Shown in pieces: positions 37,614 through 51,106 of a stretch of 64,000 bases of DNA. Both the position numbers and the translations under genes were made by a program. The DNA comes from Octopus vulgaris (Eukaryota): assembly GCA_951406725.2 (NCBI GenBank), contig OX597816.1, positions 113,770,001 to 113,834,000 on the forward strand, written 5' to 3'. Position 1 is the stretch's first letter. Every line of letters starts with the position of its first letter. The notes under the pieces were generated by a model. It saw nothing but the letters and a program-made list of their open reading frames with translations. It was not told where the DNA came from and did no database searches.

Positions 37614-38850
37614 AAAATATTCTATGATTATATACATAATTATAATCAGGGGTCAGCTAAGTGCCTCGCCACATACTGGATTAGAAATAGACCCTAATGT
37701 CTTTTCAACTACCATAAAAATCTCTGAGACAATAGCACTCTTTTTTTCCTAATTCAGTACTTGGTGAGGCACTTAGTTGACCCCTGATTATAATTATGTA
37801 TGTAATAATAGAATATTTTGTATAATTCACCTAAAAAGGTTTTTTTTAACATACTGATTACTTGGTAAAATTATTAATTAATTAAGTTTACCCTATATAT
37901 ATATATGTAAATATACAGCCTATGGAAATGTTACAAAGTCACCTATAACTTGAATATGTTCCACAGCTGTATAGGAGAGTGAATACTGCAACTGTGTTTT
38001 AAGCTTGTTTCAGTAAGATCATAATTTTCATTTAATCATCTCTTCAGATGAGCAAAGTTTGCATTGGCATATTTTATTTGGTGTTGGATCTTCTCATCAG
38101 TACTCAAATTCTGTGACACTCAGAACTGGAAGTACACTACATTTGTATAGCTAGATTAGGTTTCTGTTTGTTGGGGCTTGTTCATGCATGATCATTGATT
38201 TATGTTGACAGTTAAACCCATGTTTTCCTATGCATTAATAAGAAAAATTTAAAGCAGTGATATCTCCAACAATTATTGGTTCCTCTCAGGATGCATTTTA
38301 GGTGTATATCCTTATGATTGAGTCTCTCTAAAATGATGTAGTTGATCATATGCTGGTGCATTGGTTATAAATGTGACCAGAAATTATTAAGCCTGTTCCT
38401 CACAGTTAAGAGCAAAATGACATCTGAGTTAGTCTTTCTGATCCCTGCTTATCCAGTTGCTCTATCTTGGAGGCTTGAATATTTGTCAACTCACACATTC
38501 AAGTTGCCCAACAATGACATTGTCATGCATTTATATTCTGTTGGTTATCATATATCTGTTAGAGCTATAAAGCTTTAAGCAAAGAACTGTCAATCTTCCA
38601 CTGATGTAAGTAAGCAGTTCATGCAGCAGGTGACAAAACCAACTCTATATAAGTACCACTCTTCTGATGGGTATTCCCTTCCAAAAGGCAGTATATCCAT
38701 CACCATGTCCTTTCAGAAGTCCTTCATTGGTTAGTCTTGCTTCATTATCAGCCACGTTATTGATATTGAAGCACACTAATACTCAAAAGATGTCTATTGT
38801 TCTGGTTGTTCAGTTTATCAGTAAAAGTCTGAATATTCTGAAGTCCAAGT
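36950..38850 (-). pseudogene. Very old RTE-like LINE remnants (EN at about 38100-38850; C-terminal piece at about 37200-37450)
   Basis: Minus-strand motifs NINNVADNEARL (cf. IDI.AL.ETRL), GVGFV, LLGNLNV*V (cf. GDFNARV); heavily decayed. Confidence 0.45.
37611..37824. repeat. Foldback element with ~77-bp inverted arms next to (TA)n
   Basis: ATAATTATAATCAGGGGTCAGCTAAGTGCCTC vs GAGGCACTTAGTTGACCCCTGATTATAATTAT. Confidence 0.85.
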
Positions 38851-39206
38851 TATATTTTGTTTTGTTTATTTTGCCAGCAAAATATGTAACTCCTTTAGAT
38901 GCAACCAGGAAAATTGAAACATGTTTCGTATGAGGCATCTTTTCTAGTTTCTTCCCAATGCAGTGCAAACAGAGTAGATTGCAGGAAGGGCTGCTCCTGG
39001 AAAAAAAAAACAAAAAACGTTTCTATCACAGAGCTGACACTTCTGTGCTACTTCATAACTAGAAGTTCTCAGTTGTGTCCCAATATTGCACCCATTTCCA
39101 TTGGATGATTGCTAGAGGACCTGACTTTGGTGGATAGAAGAAATCTAGTGGAAGCCTGTATATGAATTTGTTTAATGTGGAAAAGCTGTTGTATATCAGT
39201 TTCTAC

Positions 39207-39590
39207 ATCATCATCATTTAACGTCTGCTTTCCATGCTAGCATGGGTTGGACGATTTGACTGAGGACTGGCAAACCAGATGGCTGCACCAGGCTCCAATC
39301 TGATCTGGCAGAGTTTCTACAGCTGGATGCCCTTCCTAACCCCAACCACTCCGAGAATGTAGTGGGTGCTTTTATATGCCACTGGCACGAGGGCCAGTCT
39401 GGTGGTACTGGCAACGGCCACGCTCAAATGGTGTATTTTACAGTCAACCTTCACAGGAGTCAGTCCAGTTGCACTGGCAACGATCATGCTCAAATGGTGC
39501 TTTTTACATTCCACTGGCACAGAAGCCAGACCTGCTCTGGCAGTGATCCCGCTCAGATGGAGCTGTTAGTGCTCCACTGGCGCCAGACAT
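39207..39590 (-). mobile_element. RTE 3'-UTR-only element
   Basis: Near-colinear with 12374-12820. Confidence 0.85.
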
Positions 39591-40551
39591 CAAATCAGTT
39601 TCTACATGTTCTTGGCAGTAAAATACTTTGTTCCCATGACAAAGAGTTCACTATGATTGCAGGTGGCAAACTGTTACAACGGTCATCTGTCATCAAAACC
39701 AATGAAGTTTTGTGACCCATTCCTACCTGTTCTCCTCAACTTTAACATGGAAGGCAAACAAGTTGTTTAAGGTGCCAACTTGGTGGGAAGGGATGATTTT
39801 GTAGGAGCACTATTTCTCTTTGGTGGAACTATTATCCATCTACTCAGGATTTGGGTAGTATAGCGATCCGCTTTACCTTGCATGTAGATGCACACTGCTG
39901 CCTAAAACAAAGTCACAGGAAAATTTTAATCAGTCCCAACCAAGTCTCCAAGAAAGTCAGACATAATTTGTCATGTTGCTGTCGGAGCTCAACTCCACCA
40001 GGTGAACAATATTGAAAGAAGTAACATCATAGAACTAAATAACTATTTATGGACTGTTTGAACATTTATCCTGTTCACATTTTACGATATACAGTAACAG
40101 TAAGTGTTTCATGTTGTTTATGCTGCATACACCTTCTTCTGGATTTATCACCCTACAATGAGTTGCTCGAACTTTTCTTTTGTTCACTTAGAACACTGTT
40201 ATACCATACTTCTGAGTGCTATACCCTGTATTCTTTCAAGTAAACCTTGATTTAATGCTATCATCATTTCCTGTTAAAATAAATAATGTTGTCTGTTATT
40301 GCATTACAAGAAGTTATACTACCACTGTTAGAAAATTCAGATGTTATTTTAGTGCCTATTCACTAAAACTTAATGCTCCTTTCACAGTTTAACTCATTGA
40401 AGTGGTAGATTTTCTATTTTACATAGGGAACACATTTCAAGAATCAACATATTTTTTCTGCATTCTGTGTCATATATATATATACACACACACCAAACAT
40501 TGACAGCAGCTATTGTGAAATTGATTCCATTTCAGGATGAGGACAGTATAA

Positions 40552-41177
40552 GGATCTTTATCTATTTTGACCGACAGAGTTAAAAAATGATTTTTTGTAA
40601 CTAAACACTTTCAAACTTCGGACACTGGTAGAATGTATCATATAAAACATCTTTTACTCTTAGCGTTTTTGAGAAAAGCTTATAATTAGGAAGTTATTTC
40701 ATGTTAAAGTTGTAGTATTTCAGTAATTTCAACCAATCAATGACGTGTATTCAGCTGAATAAAATTACTGCTGTTGTTTGTCAACAAGAATTTATGGTGG
40801 TGTATATTTTGTTTGTCACTGTTATTTATGACAACCCTAACCCTAAAACCCTAACCCTAAAAACTTGAAGCTAAAACCAGTACAAACACGCGAATGATGT
40901 CATAAATAACTGTGACAAACGAAAAATACACCGCCGATAGCAGTTGTTGACAAACAACAGCAGTAATTTTATTCAGCTGAATACATGTCATTGATTGGTT
41001 GAAATTACTGAAATATGACTACTTTAACGTGAAATAACTTCCTAAATATAAGCTTTTCTCAAAAACGCTAATAGTAAAAGATGATTTATATGAAACATTC
41101 TACCAGTGTCCGAAGTTTGAAAGTGTTTAGTTACAAAAAATTATTTTTTAAATCTGTCGGTCAAAAAGTAAAGATCC
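40552..41177. mobile_element. Foldback MITE with ~280-bp TIRs, 8-bp TSD and internal (CCCTAA)n
   Basis: CAGTATAA|GGATCTTTA...TAAAGATCC|CAGTATAA; arms 40552-40833 and 40898-41177. Confidence 0.92.
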
Positions 41178-41624
41178 CAGTATAATTTTGATACTGTCCA
41201 CTACTTCTGTCACAACAGACTGTTAGTGACAGCATACATTGACTGTAGAGCTGGAAGTAGATACATTGAAGTCTTATATTTCAAGTCAAAGAGAAAATGT
41301 AAATTTCCATATTGTTGGTGTTGTCAAATCTTCAGAGGTCCAAACATCAGGTATACTTTAAATACCTTATGACCATATTTCTGCAAATATTCTGCCAAAA
41401 TATTTTAGTTGATTTTTGCAATAATTTAAAATTTTGGGATGGAATTAATGAAATAAATAACTTTTTTTTTCATTGTTAAGTTGGTGTTTGGAACAGAATA
41501 ATAAAAAGTTCTCATTATCAAGTATCTTGGTTGTCTTCTACTATATCCCCTGACTGATCAAAGCCTTGGGAGTGAATTTAGAAGACTGAAACTAAAAGGA
41601 AAGTCCTTCACACACACACACATC

Positions 41625-41865
41625 ATGAGTCCACATTACCCCAAAAAGAGCATAGGGCTGGTTTCTCAGTTTCTCGTGTATACACGTTTCTCCCTAGATG
41701 GGGTGCCAGTCTGTCATAGGATTACTCATTTTTATCAGCTGAATGGAATGGAGCAACATGAAATGAAGTTTTTTCCTCAAGAACACAATGCATTGCCTGG
41801 TCCAAGAATTGAAACCACAATCTTATGATCATGAGTCCAACACTGTGTCCACATGAGTCATATAC
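41625..41865 (-). mobile_element. Family C SINE (V-domain-like)
   Basis: CCCTAGATGGGGTGCCAGTC...TGGAGCAACATGAAATGAAG...CAAGAACACAATGCA. Confidence 0.7.
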
Positions 41866-42419
41866 TTCCACTATATTTACACACACACACACACAAATAA
41901 ATATATGTGTGTATGTGTATACATATGCATGTGTGAATGTAGCATGCTTGTATGTGTGTCTGTATGCATGTGTGTGTGTGTGTGTGTGTGAGCTTGTGTG
42001 TAAATGCACGTTCATGTATTTGTATGTTTGTCTACTTCTGCTTTTCATTTCATAACTTTGAAGCTGTGTGGAATAAGATATCTGTTGCCTGAGAAAAGCA
42101 GAGAAGGTTTAACATTAGGAAGGGTATCCAACTATAAAATAATGTCTCAATGACATGTTTCTCAAACCTATGCTTGCATGAAAAAAATAGATGTGAATTG
42201 AACAAATTACTGAATTAATATGAACTTTTTTAAATTAACAGTGTTATATCATAAGACCAGGTAAGCCTTAAGGTGGCCTGATAGTTGAAGGGTTAATGTC
42301 ATTTGTTCTAGAGTCAAACCAAGTGACTTTCTGTCATTCTATAACTAATTTTTTATCACGCAGTGTGACAGTTATCATAGAAGTTACATCTTGTTTTGTA
42401 GCCATTCATATATAGCATA

Positions 42420-42642
42420 TCTAACAGCATTTAAACTGGCCATATCCAATCCAAATATTCTACCTGGTTATGTTCATACTGGCCAGCTATGGCCCCTCAC
42501 ACCTACCCTATAATGTCTTTGTAAAAATAAACAATCACAACATTGAAATCTCAAATCTATGAGATAATGCATGATGAATTCAAAACAATGTGAATAAATA
42601 AGCATTACATTTGCTAGAATAATCTGAGTGCTAAAGGGTTAA
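42420..42642. mobile_element. piggyBac-type MITE, family 1 (left end eroded)
   Basis: Colinear with 6467-6674; ends GCTAAAGGG|TTAA. Confidence 0.75.
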
Positions 42643-43242
42643 AAATTTGTACATGCTGTATGTTCTGAATATATTCTTAGAGCTGCTCCAGCATGGCCTC
42701 AGTCAAATAACTGAAACAAGTAAAAGAATAAAAGAATAGTGTTTTATCATAAATATGAAACTTGTCTTTCAGTAAACTAAGCTAAATTATTAATACATCC
42801 CACAAAATGTTTGATACATTAATTCTTCAAGTGTAATTAAATAATTCAAAGGCAAATTAACATTTGAACAAAATATCAAACTGTTGCAGGGTCTATATGA
42901 AAAGAAATTATATAGAAGTATATTATTTCAAGTTTTTTTTAAAGGATTTTTACAGTCAAGTTGTTTTCAGAACTCTGAATGCTTTCAAAGAAATTGTTGC
43001 TTCAAGTCACAAATATTAAATTTAAATCTCAGAACTCTCATTACTAACCCGTTTAGGTTTTTAATACAATTAATTTTTTGTCAAGTAGAAAAGCATACCA
43101 TATTGAAATGTTAGCTCTTAAATAATGCATGTGCGTGTGTATGTGTGTGTTTGTATGGGTATGTATATATGCATGCATAAATATGTGTGTGTATATATAT
43201 ATATATATATGTATACTCATCTGTATATAGATGTGTTTTGTG

Positions 43243-43293
<51 letters not shown>

Positions 43294-43701
43294 ATATACA
43301 CATATGTGTATATGCAAAAGAATCATGTGTTCACAACAAACAAGTCTGAATTTGTTTTCAAGAAACACACAAAAAATAAACAATCAGAAGTAAAATAAAT
43401 TATTAACAAAAAGATGATTAAATATTTGGTGTGTTTCTACATAATAAATAGTTATGAAATTAAGGTTAACATAATTAGCAAATGTTTTATCTAGCAGAAT
43501 CTACTGCATTTTTAGTGATTATATAATGTTCATTAAACTAATTTCTCAGTAATCAGTAATGCAACAATCATCACCTAAACGAGTTTTCAAAAGAAAAATT
43601 TAGTTTCTAAATGTCTAGAGATGCTCTCCTTTAATAAAATAAAGACTTTCAACTTCATTATTATCCTTTATTACTAACTTCTTGATTGCTGCTATCAACA
43701 T

Positions 43702-43715
43702 AATGATGATGATGT

Positions 43716-43753
<38 letters not shown>

Positions 43754-43819
43754 GTGTTTGTAGTAGTGGTGGTGATGGTGGTGAGGATGGTGACAATTAT
43801 GATGATGATGATAATGATG
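43702..43819. repeat. (ATG)n/(GTG)n trinucleotide microsatellite
   Basis: Direct reading; explains the poly-Met ORF. Confidence 0.9.
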
Positions 43820-44000
43820 TCTCAATGCTCAGGTGATCTGAACAGGTTTACAAAAGCAGTATCTCCTTGTGTGTCATCTATGTTGTCATTGGCATTGCTT
43901 AATATCCTCAATTCTCTTAATAACCTTTACCAAAACCTTTCTCTAATGCAAATATTTGCTAGCATATAACATCTTAACTATTATATTTCATAGCTATATC

Positions 44001-44034
<34 letters not shown>

Positions 44035-45691
44035 ATTGATGATACTGATAATCAATGTTCACAAATTTGTTTGGGTATTTTCTACAAGATCCGAACTGTG
44101 AAAGTTTTACATAAAAATCCTGGTGTATCTAAACACTTGCTGTATTTTATATTCAGTCATATCATTAGCACAGTGATTTATTTGGCCCCAACTAATTTGC
44201 ATTTTAACCTAGGCAGTGTTAACTTTTAGAACATTAAGTCAAGTAGATATTTTTAAGATTTTAATGTTAATTTTTTTCTTATAGTTCTCCTACAGATTTT
44301 AGGGTTTAAATTAGATCCCCTGGACATCCAGCTTTGAACTTCTCTGAAGAGAAAGCAGTTATTGATAAACCCTTTATTGAATTTGTAGCTCTATCTTAAA
44401 TTATTCTCTTTGCTCACCATAAATCAGATACCAACTTTTAAATCACTCATAAAACTTAGATACAACAAAACATTTTTCCACACTTAGGTTTCTCATCGCC
44501 CCACCAGTATGAAATGCTATGAAAACTTTATTTCAATCAAAAAAAAAAAATAGAAATTGTTATTTGAGAAATACATTTCTTGTAGTTATCATAACACGAA
44601 TTTGATAACTGTCTAATTTCATGATGCAACATAAGAGAACTTATCCTTGTGGAAGTTAATTTTTTTTTTAATCAAGGTTTGTTTATCATTTGTTAATGAT
44701 AATTCATGTTATGAAATTTTACAACCAAAATCCTCAATTTCAAACTAATGATATGAACACTTGAAGATGTCCAAATGTTAGCAGAAATACTGCCAATAAT
44801 CTGTTATCATGCTTGGTTTCATTACAAACATAACACTATCATCAAAATTTCCTTCATAACTTGATAAAATTAGGCAAATGATATATTGTAATTCCTCTGG
44901 TAGGAAACACACTCCAAAAATAATATTTCACATAAAAGCAATCCTATGAGTGTAATAAATATTATTGTTTCTTGACTTTCTTGATCTAACTCAATTTGAT
45001 GAAAAAAACTTATTTTATATCTAATTTTGGAAAAGAAAAATTATTCTCAGTTTCAACAATCATTTGATCAATTGATGCAATTTGATGTCTGACATGCATG
45101 CTTCACAATTATATTTGGCTTAGTTTTATCTAAAGGATGCAACAAATCATTGTCTTGTTTTGTTTGATGGATAGCAACATTAGCACTGACCTATTTGGAT
45201 AGTTGAAAGATTGGTTCAACAATTTACATTTCCAACAATTCATTTATAGTCTATCTGGATTTATTCCTTTGTGACTAGAAAATAATATTATCATTAAATG
45301 ACTTAAGAACAGAAGACTCAAAGTGAGCTGTAAGTGAGAATACTGTAAACATCCTATGCCTAATTCTAATGCTAGGAGCTCATAGTTTACCATATTTCTG
45401 AAATGCTGTGTTTTTGTACATATTTTTTATTAATGTACTTCAAAGATTCTATGCAGACTAAAATAAATGAGTGTCAGTATGTTTAATGTATGGAACATTA
45501 ATAAGCTGAAATATATTCAAATATGTAGTAGGAAATAGTAGTTGTTATTATAATTAAAATATTTTCTTGGCAAACACAAGAGAAAGCTCTGGACAGGCCT
45601 TTGTCTTATTTTAGCATACTCAGTGTCTTAATTAACAAAAGAGTAGAAAACAAATTCTTAAGTAAATATACAGGTATATATATTTGTCTGA

Positions 45692-45810
45692 GTGCAGGCG
45701 TGGTTGTGTGGTAAGAAGTGTTCTTCCCAACCATATGGTTCTGGGTTCAGTTCTACTGTGTTACAACTTGAGCAGGTGTCTTCAACTATAGCTCTTGGTT
45801 GACCAAAGCC
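45692..45810 (+). mobile_element. 5' head of a family A SINE
   Basis: Matches 3327-3444; truncated at GACCAAAGCC. Confidence 0.75.
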
Positions 45811-45998
45811 ATTTAAAAACACACAAAAGCCGTTGGATTCACTTCAAAATTTAATTTAACAGAATATTTTCATCACTTTGCTAGCACAGAATTTTGTCAA
45901 TGAACAGGTCATGGTCTCAAAGCGACGAAAATATTTTGGCAAATTAAATTTAAATGTTGAAGTGAATCTAACGGTTTTTGTGTGTTTTTAAATAGCTT
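45806..45998. repeat. Foldback element with ~75-bp inverted arms
   Basis: ATTTAAAAACACACAAAAGCCGTTGGATTCACTTCAA vs TTGAAGTGAATCTAACGGTTTTTGTGTGTTTTTAAAT. Confidence 0.85.
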
Positions 45999-47052
45999 AT
46001 AAACACTTTCAATGCTACAGTTGTTTAATTTCTATATATTTTCTTGAAATTCATGAGCTACAACTTTGGCAAGTTATAGTACAATACATAATTAAGAAAG
46101 GGAGAAAAAGGTTGAAATGTTTCCAAAATTGCCTCTCAGACTTGCCAGAAAAATAATACCAGTCAGTGATTGATATGTTTTTATGCTGATTTTATTTTTG
46201 CTTTTTAATACTTCCAAACACTAAATAAGTTGACACCTACTTACCTACTGCTTATCAAATGAATGGTATGGTATCTAAAAACCATTCTATCATAGACTGT
46301 ACTTTTGAAATGATTTCATGTTTCTAGCAATGCCACTCTTTAATGAATTGGAATTAATAAGTAATTTAAGCACAATACCACCTAGTGTATAATTCATTCT
46401 GTATTAATTAATTAATTCTTTGGAATTATATATTCATAAGAATCAAACTATTAGGTTTATCAGTTGACTTAAAAATTACCTCAGTCTTCATTCAAAAGCA
46501 AATTTTTAAAATGTCAAGTCATTTTATATATTTAACTTTCAGCTAATTTGGCAACTGATTATATCAGTCGCATTTAAACTCTAACTGTTCTTCCAATAAA
46601 TTTATGTTTTTGCCATAATAAAAAATGTTAGAACATTTATTTTGTCACTAGGTACAAAAGTTTTGCTTCTTTAAATGATTTGGCTTAACTTAAAATTAAT
46701 GTTTAATGTTTACTTTCTAAAATGCTTATTTGTAAATTTGGATAAAGACACCTTTCAACAATATGATTCAGAGAGTAACCTCTTCTTCATCAAGAACTTT
46801 GCAAAAATTGGCTTGTCGTTTAAACATGTACAATTTTGATTAAAACATCTGAAAATATATCTACTTCTGTTTTAAAGTCATTAATTTCTCCTTTTTTTTT
46901 CCATTTCATTTTAATAGTTTGTTGAAAATAACAAAATCTAATACAGTACTCAAGAAGATATATAAAGGCAGCATATGTGTGTGTATACATATACAGATAT
47001 ATATTTACATATATATATATATATATAGATCTCTCTCTCTCTCTCTCTCTCT

Positions 47053-47126
<74 letters not shown>

Positions 47127-47412
47127 GTTTTATCTAAAAGATCAGTAAATCTTTTCTTTTGTAGTTGTCGAAATTTATTCTCAAGAGAATTACTGCATTA
47201 TTTTTATAATAATTATCTCAAATGCACAGATTTGTTTTAAACTTTTACAAAAGAAGTAATGAGTTGAGAATGAACAAAATGTCACTTGCTACAAAAATAT
47301 AACACAAAAAGCAATATAAAGCCATTCAAATTTCCAGATATAAAAAACATTGAAGAAACTAATCAAAAATGCAAAATATTTCAATATTTAATTTCTAAAT
47401 TTTCCGTTACAG

Positions 47413-47481
47413 TACCACCACAGTGAATGTACTGTACTTCATCTCTCACAGGTGAATAAAGAAACTGTTATTAAAATAGAG
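47413..47481 (+). CDS. Candidate host exon (unidentified gene)
   Basis: tttccgttacag|...|gtaata, 69 nt, open frame YHHSECTVLHLSQVNKETVIKIE; splice signals only, no homology. Confidence 0.2.
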
Positions 47482-47529
47482 GTAATACTTATCCTCACTT
47501 AAACATGGATGTTCTATTAGAACATCCAT

Positions 47530-47734
47530 TCTTTTATTTGTTTCAGTCATTTGACTGTGGCCATACTGGAACATCACCTTTAGTCAAACAAATCAACCCC
47601 AGTAATTATTCTTTGTAAGACTAGTACTTATTCTAACAGTTACTTTTGCCAAACTGCTAAGTTACAGGCACGTAAACACACCAACATTGGTTGTCAAGTG
47701 ATGGTGGAGGGGAGACAAACACAGACACACAAAC

Positions 47735-47783
<49 letters not shown>

Positions 47784-47942
47784 CGAGGGGCTTCTTTCAG
47801 TTTCAATCTACCAAATCCACTCACAAGGCTTTGGTCAGCCTGAGGCTATAGTAGAAGACACTTGCCCAAGGCGTCATGCAGTGGGACTGAACCCAGAACC
47901 ATGTAGTTCATAAGCAAGCTACTTACCACACGGCCACTCTTG
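47530..47942 (-). mobile_element. Family A SINE
   Basis: Reverse complement of 3327-3746. Confidence 0.85.
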
Positions 47943-48419
47943 CATCTATGTTTAAATGGAATAACTGTCACCTCCTTGTATAAATACTGCCTCTGTTTGC
48001 TGTCATAATGTAAAAGAAAGTATGCTTTTTTTAAAAATTTCATTTAGTTTAGCGTAGCGCATATTCTATAAATAAACAGGTGTTTCTTTTCTTTCCATCA
48101 TTAAAAACACATTGGTTTTCTTTTTGGTTCTACAACTAATGTCTTAGTTATTTATTTCTTATTCATTTCATATTCATAAGATACACTATTTTTCATGACT
48201 GTTTAATATATATTATAAATACTTGACAATATACTATCTATATCTTAGATACTACAAATATAACAATATCTGTATATCTATGAATCTATTTATTTTTCTG
48301 TCTGCCTGACTGCTTTTTTGCCTGTTTATCTAACTATCTATCTATCTATCTATCTTTATATATATTCGTGTATGTATGTAATTAGCTTATTTGAGCATTT
48401 AATCTGTATATATATATGT

Positions 48420-48740
48420 GAGAGTATGTTAAGAAGTTCGCTTTCCAATTACATGGTTCCTGGTTCAGTTCCACTGCGTGGCATCTGAGGCAAGTGTTTT
48501 CTTTTATAGACTCAGGATGACCAATTCTTTGAGAAACTGAAAGAAGCCCTTCACCTGTATATGTGTGTGTGTGTGTGAGTGTGTGTGTTTGTGTTTATCT
48601 CCCATCACTGCTTGTCAACCAATGTTGGGTTAGTTATGATCCCCATAACTCAGTGGTTTGACAGAAGAGACTGATAGAATAAATACATGGGTTAAAAAGT
48701 AATTACCAGGGTCAATTTGTTTGACTCAAACAAGTAAAAG
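48420..48740 (+). mobile_element. Degenerate family A SINE
   Basis: GGTTCAGTTCCACTGCGTGGCA...GAAACTGAAAGAAGCCC...(TG)n...TAACTCAGTGGTTTG. Confidence 0.7.
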
Positions 48741-48943
48741 ATATTAAATATAAGTAATAATAATAATAATAATTATTATTATTATTATTTTACTATTATT
48801 ATTATAATATATAGATACATAGGTATACACATACACACACTAATCAAGTACCAAGCAAACACTGTGGAAGTGAATATGCTTTACTGGTAAGCTACCTGGT
48901 GTATGCCATAGAATTTATTATCTAATATATTTATGTTATATAT

Positions 48944-50258
48944 CAAAGTTCTAGTAAGTAGGAAGACAAACACATCACACACTCTTTCAGGTAGGTAGCA
49001 CTGTTCGATCTGTAGAAAAGGTGTAGGTAGAAACTCCATAAGATGTACCCAGTGTAAGCTATGGACACATAAGGGGTGCAGCAACATCAAAGGAAGATTA
49101 ACCGAGAAGATAGCTTTTGTATGTGGCAGATGCACAGGGGCAATAAACACCACAGATGCTCAGAAAACAGATTCCATCACATGCCAGGGGGAGAAACTAG
49201 TAGTTGATAACTTCTGCTACCTGGATGACCAAGTCTATAGTGAGGGGTGGATGCTCAGAGAGTATTACCACTAGAATAAGAATAGCCTGGGCAAAATTCA
49301 GAAATCTTCTACCCCTAGTGGTGACAAAGGGCCTCTCGCTCAGAGTGAAAGGTAGATTGTGCGATGCATGTGTGCAAACTACCATGCTTCATGACAGTGA
49401 AACATGGGCCGTGACTGCTGTAGACATGCATAGGCTCAAAAGAAATGAAGCTAGTATGATCCGCTGGATGTGTAATGTCAGTGTGCACACATGACAGAGT
49501 GTAAGCACCCTGAGAGAAATGTTGGACATAAGAAGCATCGGATGTGGCATGCAAGAGAGACATTTGCATTGGTATGGTCATGTACTACGGATGGATGAGG
49601 AGAGCTGTGTGAAGAAGTGCCACTCCCAAACAGTGGATGGAATCTGGGGTCGAGGGAGACCAAGGAAGACTTGGGATGAGGTGGTGAAACATGACCTTCG
49701 AACGTTGGTCCTCACAGAAGCAATGACAAAAGACCAAGACCTCTGGAGATATGCTGTGACTGAGAAGATCCTTCAAATAAAGTGAGTTCACAGCTGTAAC
49801 CTACACCAGTTTTGCATAACCAGCCCACTCAAAAGTACCTTGGATTGTAGGGTGACATGCTGTGCTTGAGGAGACCTATTGGGTCAAGTACATCAACATC
49901 AAAATCAAATCATAATCAAATGGAATCTCTGGTTGTGATCTCCATGCTGGTGGCATGTAAAAAGTACCATCCGAATGTGGCCAATGCCAGCACTACCTTG
50001 ACTGGCTTTCGTGCTGCTGGCACATAAAAAGCACAATCTGATAGTGGTCAATGCCAGCCCCCTCTGGCCCCTATGCCAGTGGCACATAACAAAGCACCCA
50101 CTACACTCTCGGAGTGGTTGGTGCTCGGAAGGGCATCCAGCTTTAGAAACACTGTCAGATCAGACTGGAGCCTGGTGCAGCCTCCTGGCATCCAAGACCT
50201 CAGTCGAACCATCCAACCCATGCCAGCATGGAAAACAGACGTTAAATGATGATGATGA
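48944..50258 (+). mobile_element. 5'-truncated RTE LINE (subfamily of the 31.2-kb element)
   Basis: Starts just before the PHD finger; colinear with 33469-34900; several stops; (ATG)n tail. Confidence 0.92.
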
Positions 50259-50287
50259 TATATGTGTGTGTGTCTATACATACATAC

Positions 50288-50366
<79 letters not shown>

Positions 50367-50377
50367 CATATATATAC

Positions 50378-50422
<45 letters not shown>

Positions 50423-50478
50423 CATATATATAATATATATAAATATACATATATATATATACATATATATATATACAT

Positions 50479-50511
<33 letters not shown>

Positions 50512-50804
50512 TATATATATACATATATATATATACATATATATACATACATATATACATATATACATATACATACATACATATACATATATATATACAT
50601 ATATACATATATATATACATATATACATATATATATACATATATACATATATATATACATATATACATATATATATACATATATACATATACATATATAT
50701 ATACATATATACACATATATATACATATATACATACATATATACATATACACATATACATATATATATAAATATATATATACATATACATATTTACATAT
50801 ATAC

Positions 50805-50842
<38 letters not shown>
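50259..50842. repeat. Long (TA)n/(TACATA)n microsatellite
   Basis: Direct reading; about 580 bp, directly after the LINE tail. Confidence 0.95.
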
Positions 50843-50845
<3 letters not shown>

Positions 50846-50942
50846 CACAAACATGGCTGTGTAGTAATAGTGCTCAGTTAATCACTATACATATAAATCA
50901 TTTTCTGTTAAAATGTCTTATTGACGAGTTTTACTTCTTCAT

Positions 50943-51027
50943 TTCCCTGAAGAGAAGATTACATTGTTTTACACCATTTTATTCCTTTGAAATGATACCA
51001 ATGACATCTTCAAAACATGTGTCGGAA
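50943..51027 (+). ncRNA. Type I hammerhead ribozyme motif with long stem II loop (decayed)
   Basis: TTCC-CTGAAGA-GAAGAT...ATCTTC-AAAAC-ATGT-GTC-GGAA: stem I TTCC/GGAA, stem II GAAGAT/ATCTTC, GUC cleavage triplet; the GAAA box reads AAAA. Confidence 0.55.
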
Positions 51028-51073
51028 GTAAAAGAATTTGAATAACACCTGTGTTTAACTCCATTTATTTATT

Positions 51074-51106
<33 letters not shown>

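Noticed and set aside
43682-43969. Poly-Met ORF
   Set aside because: Translation of an (ATG)n microsatellite.
50048-50864. Long Y/I/C/H-rich ORFs of 150-270 aa (also near 10.7-11.1, 37.5, 43.1 and 47.0 kb)
   Set aside because: Translations of stop-free TA/TG microsatellites, not genes.
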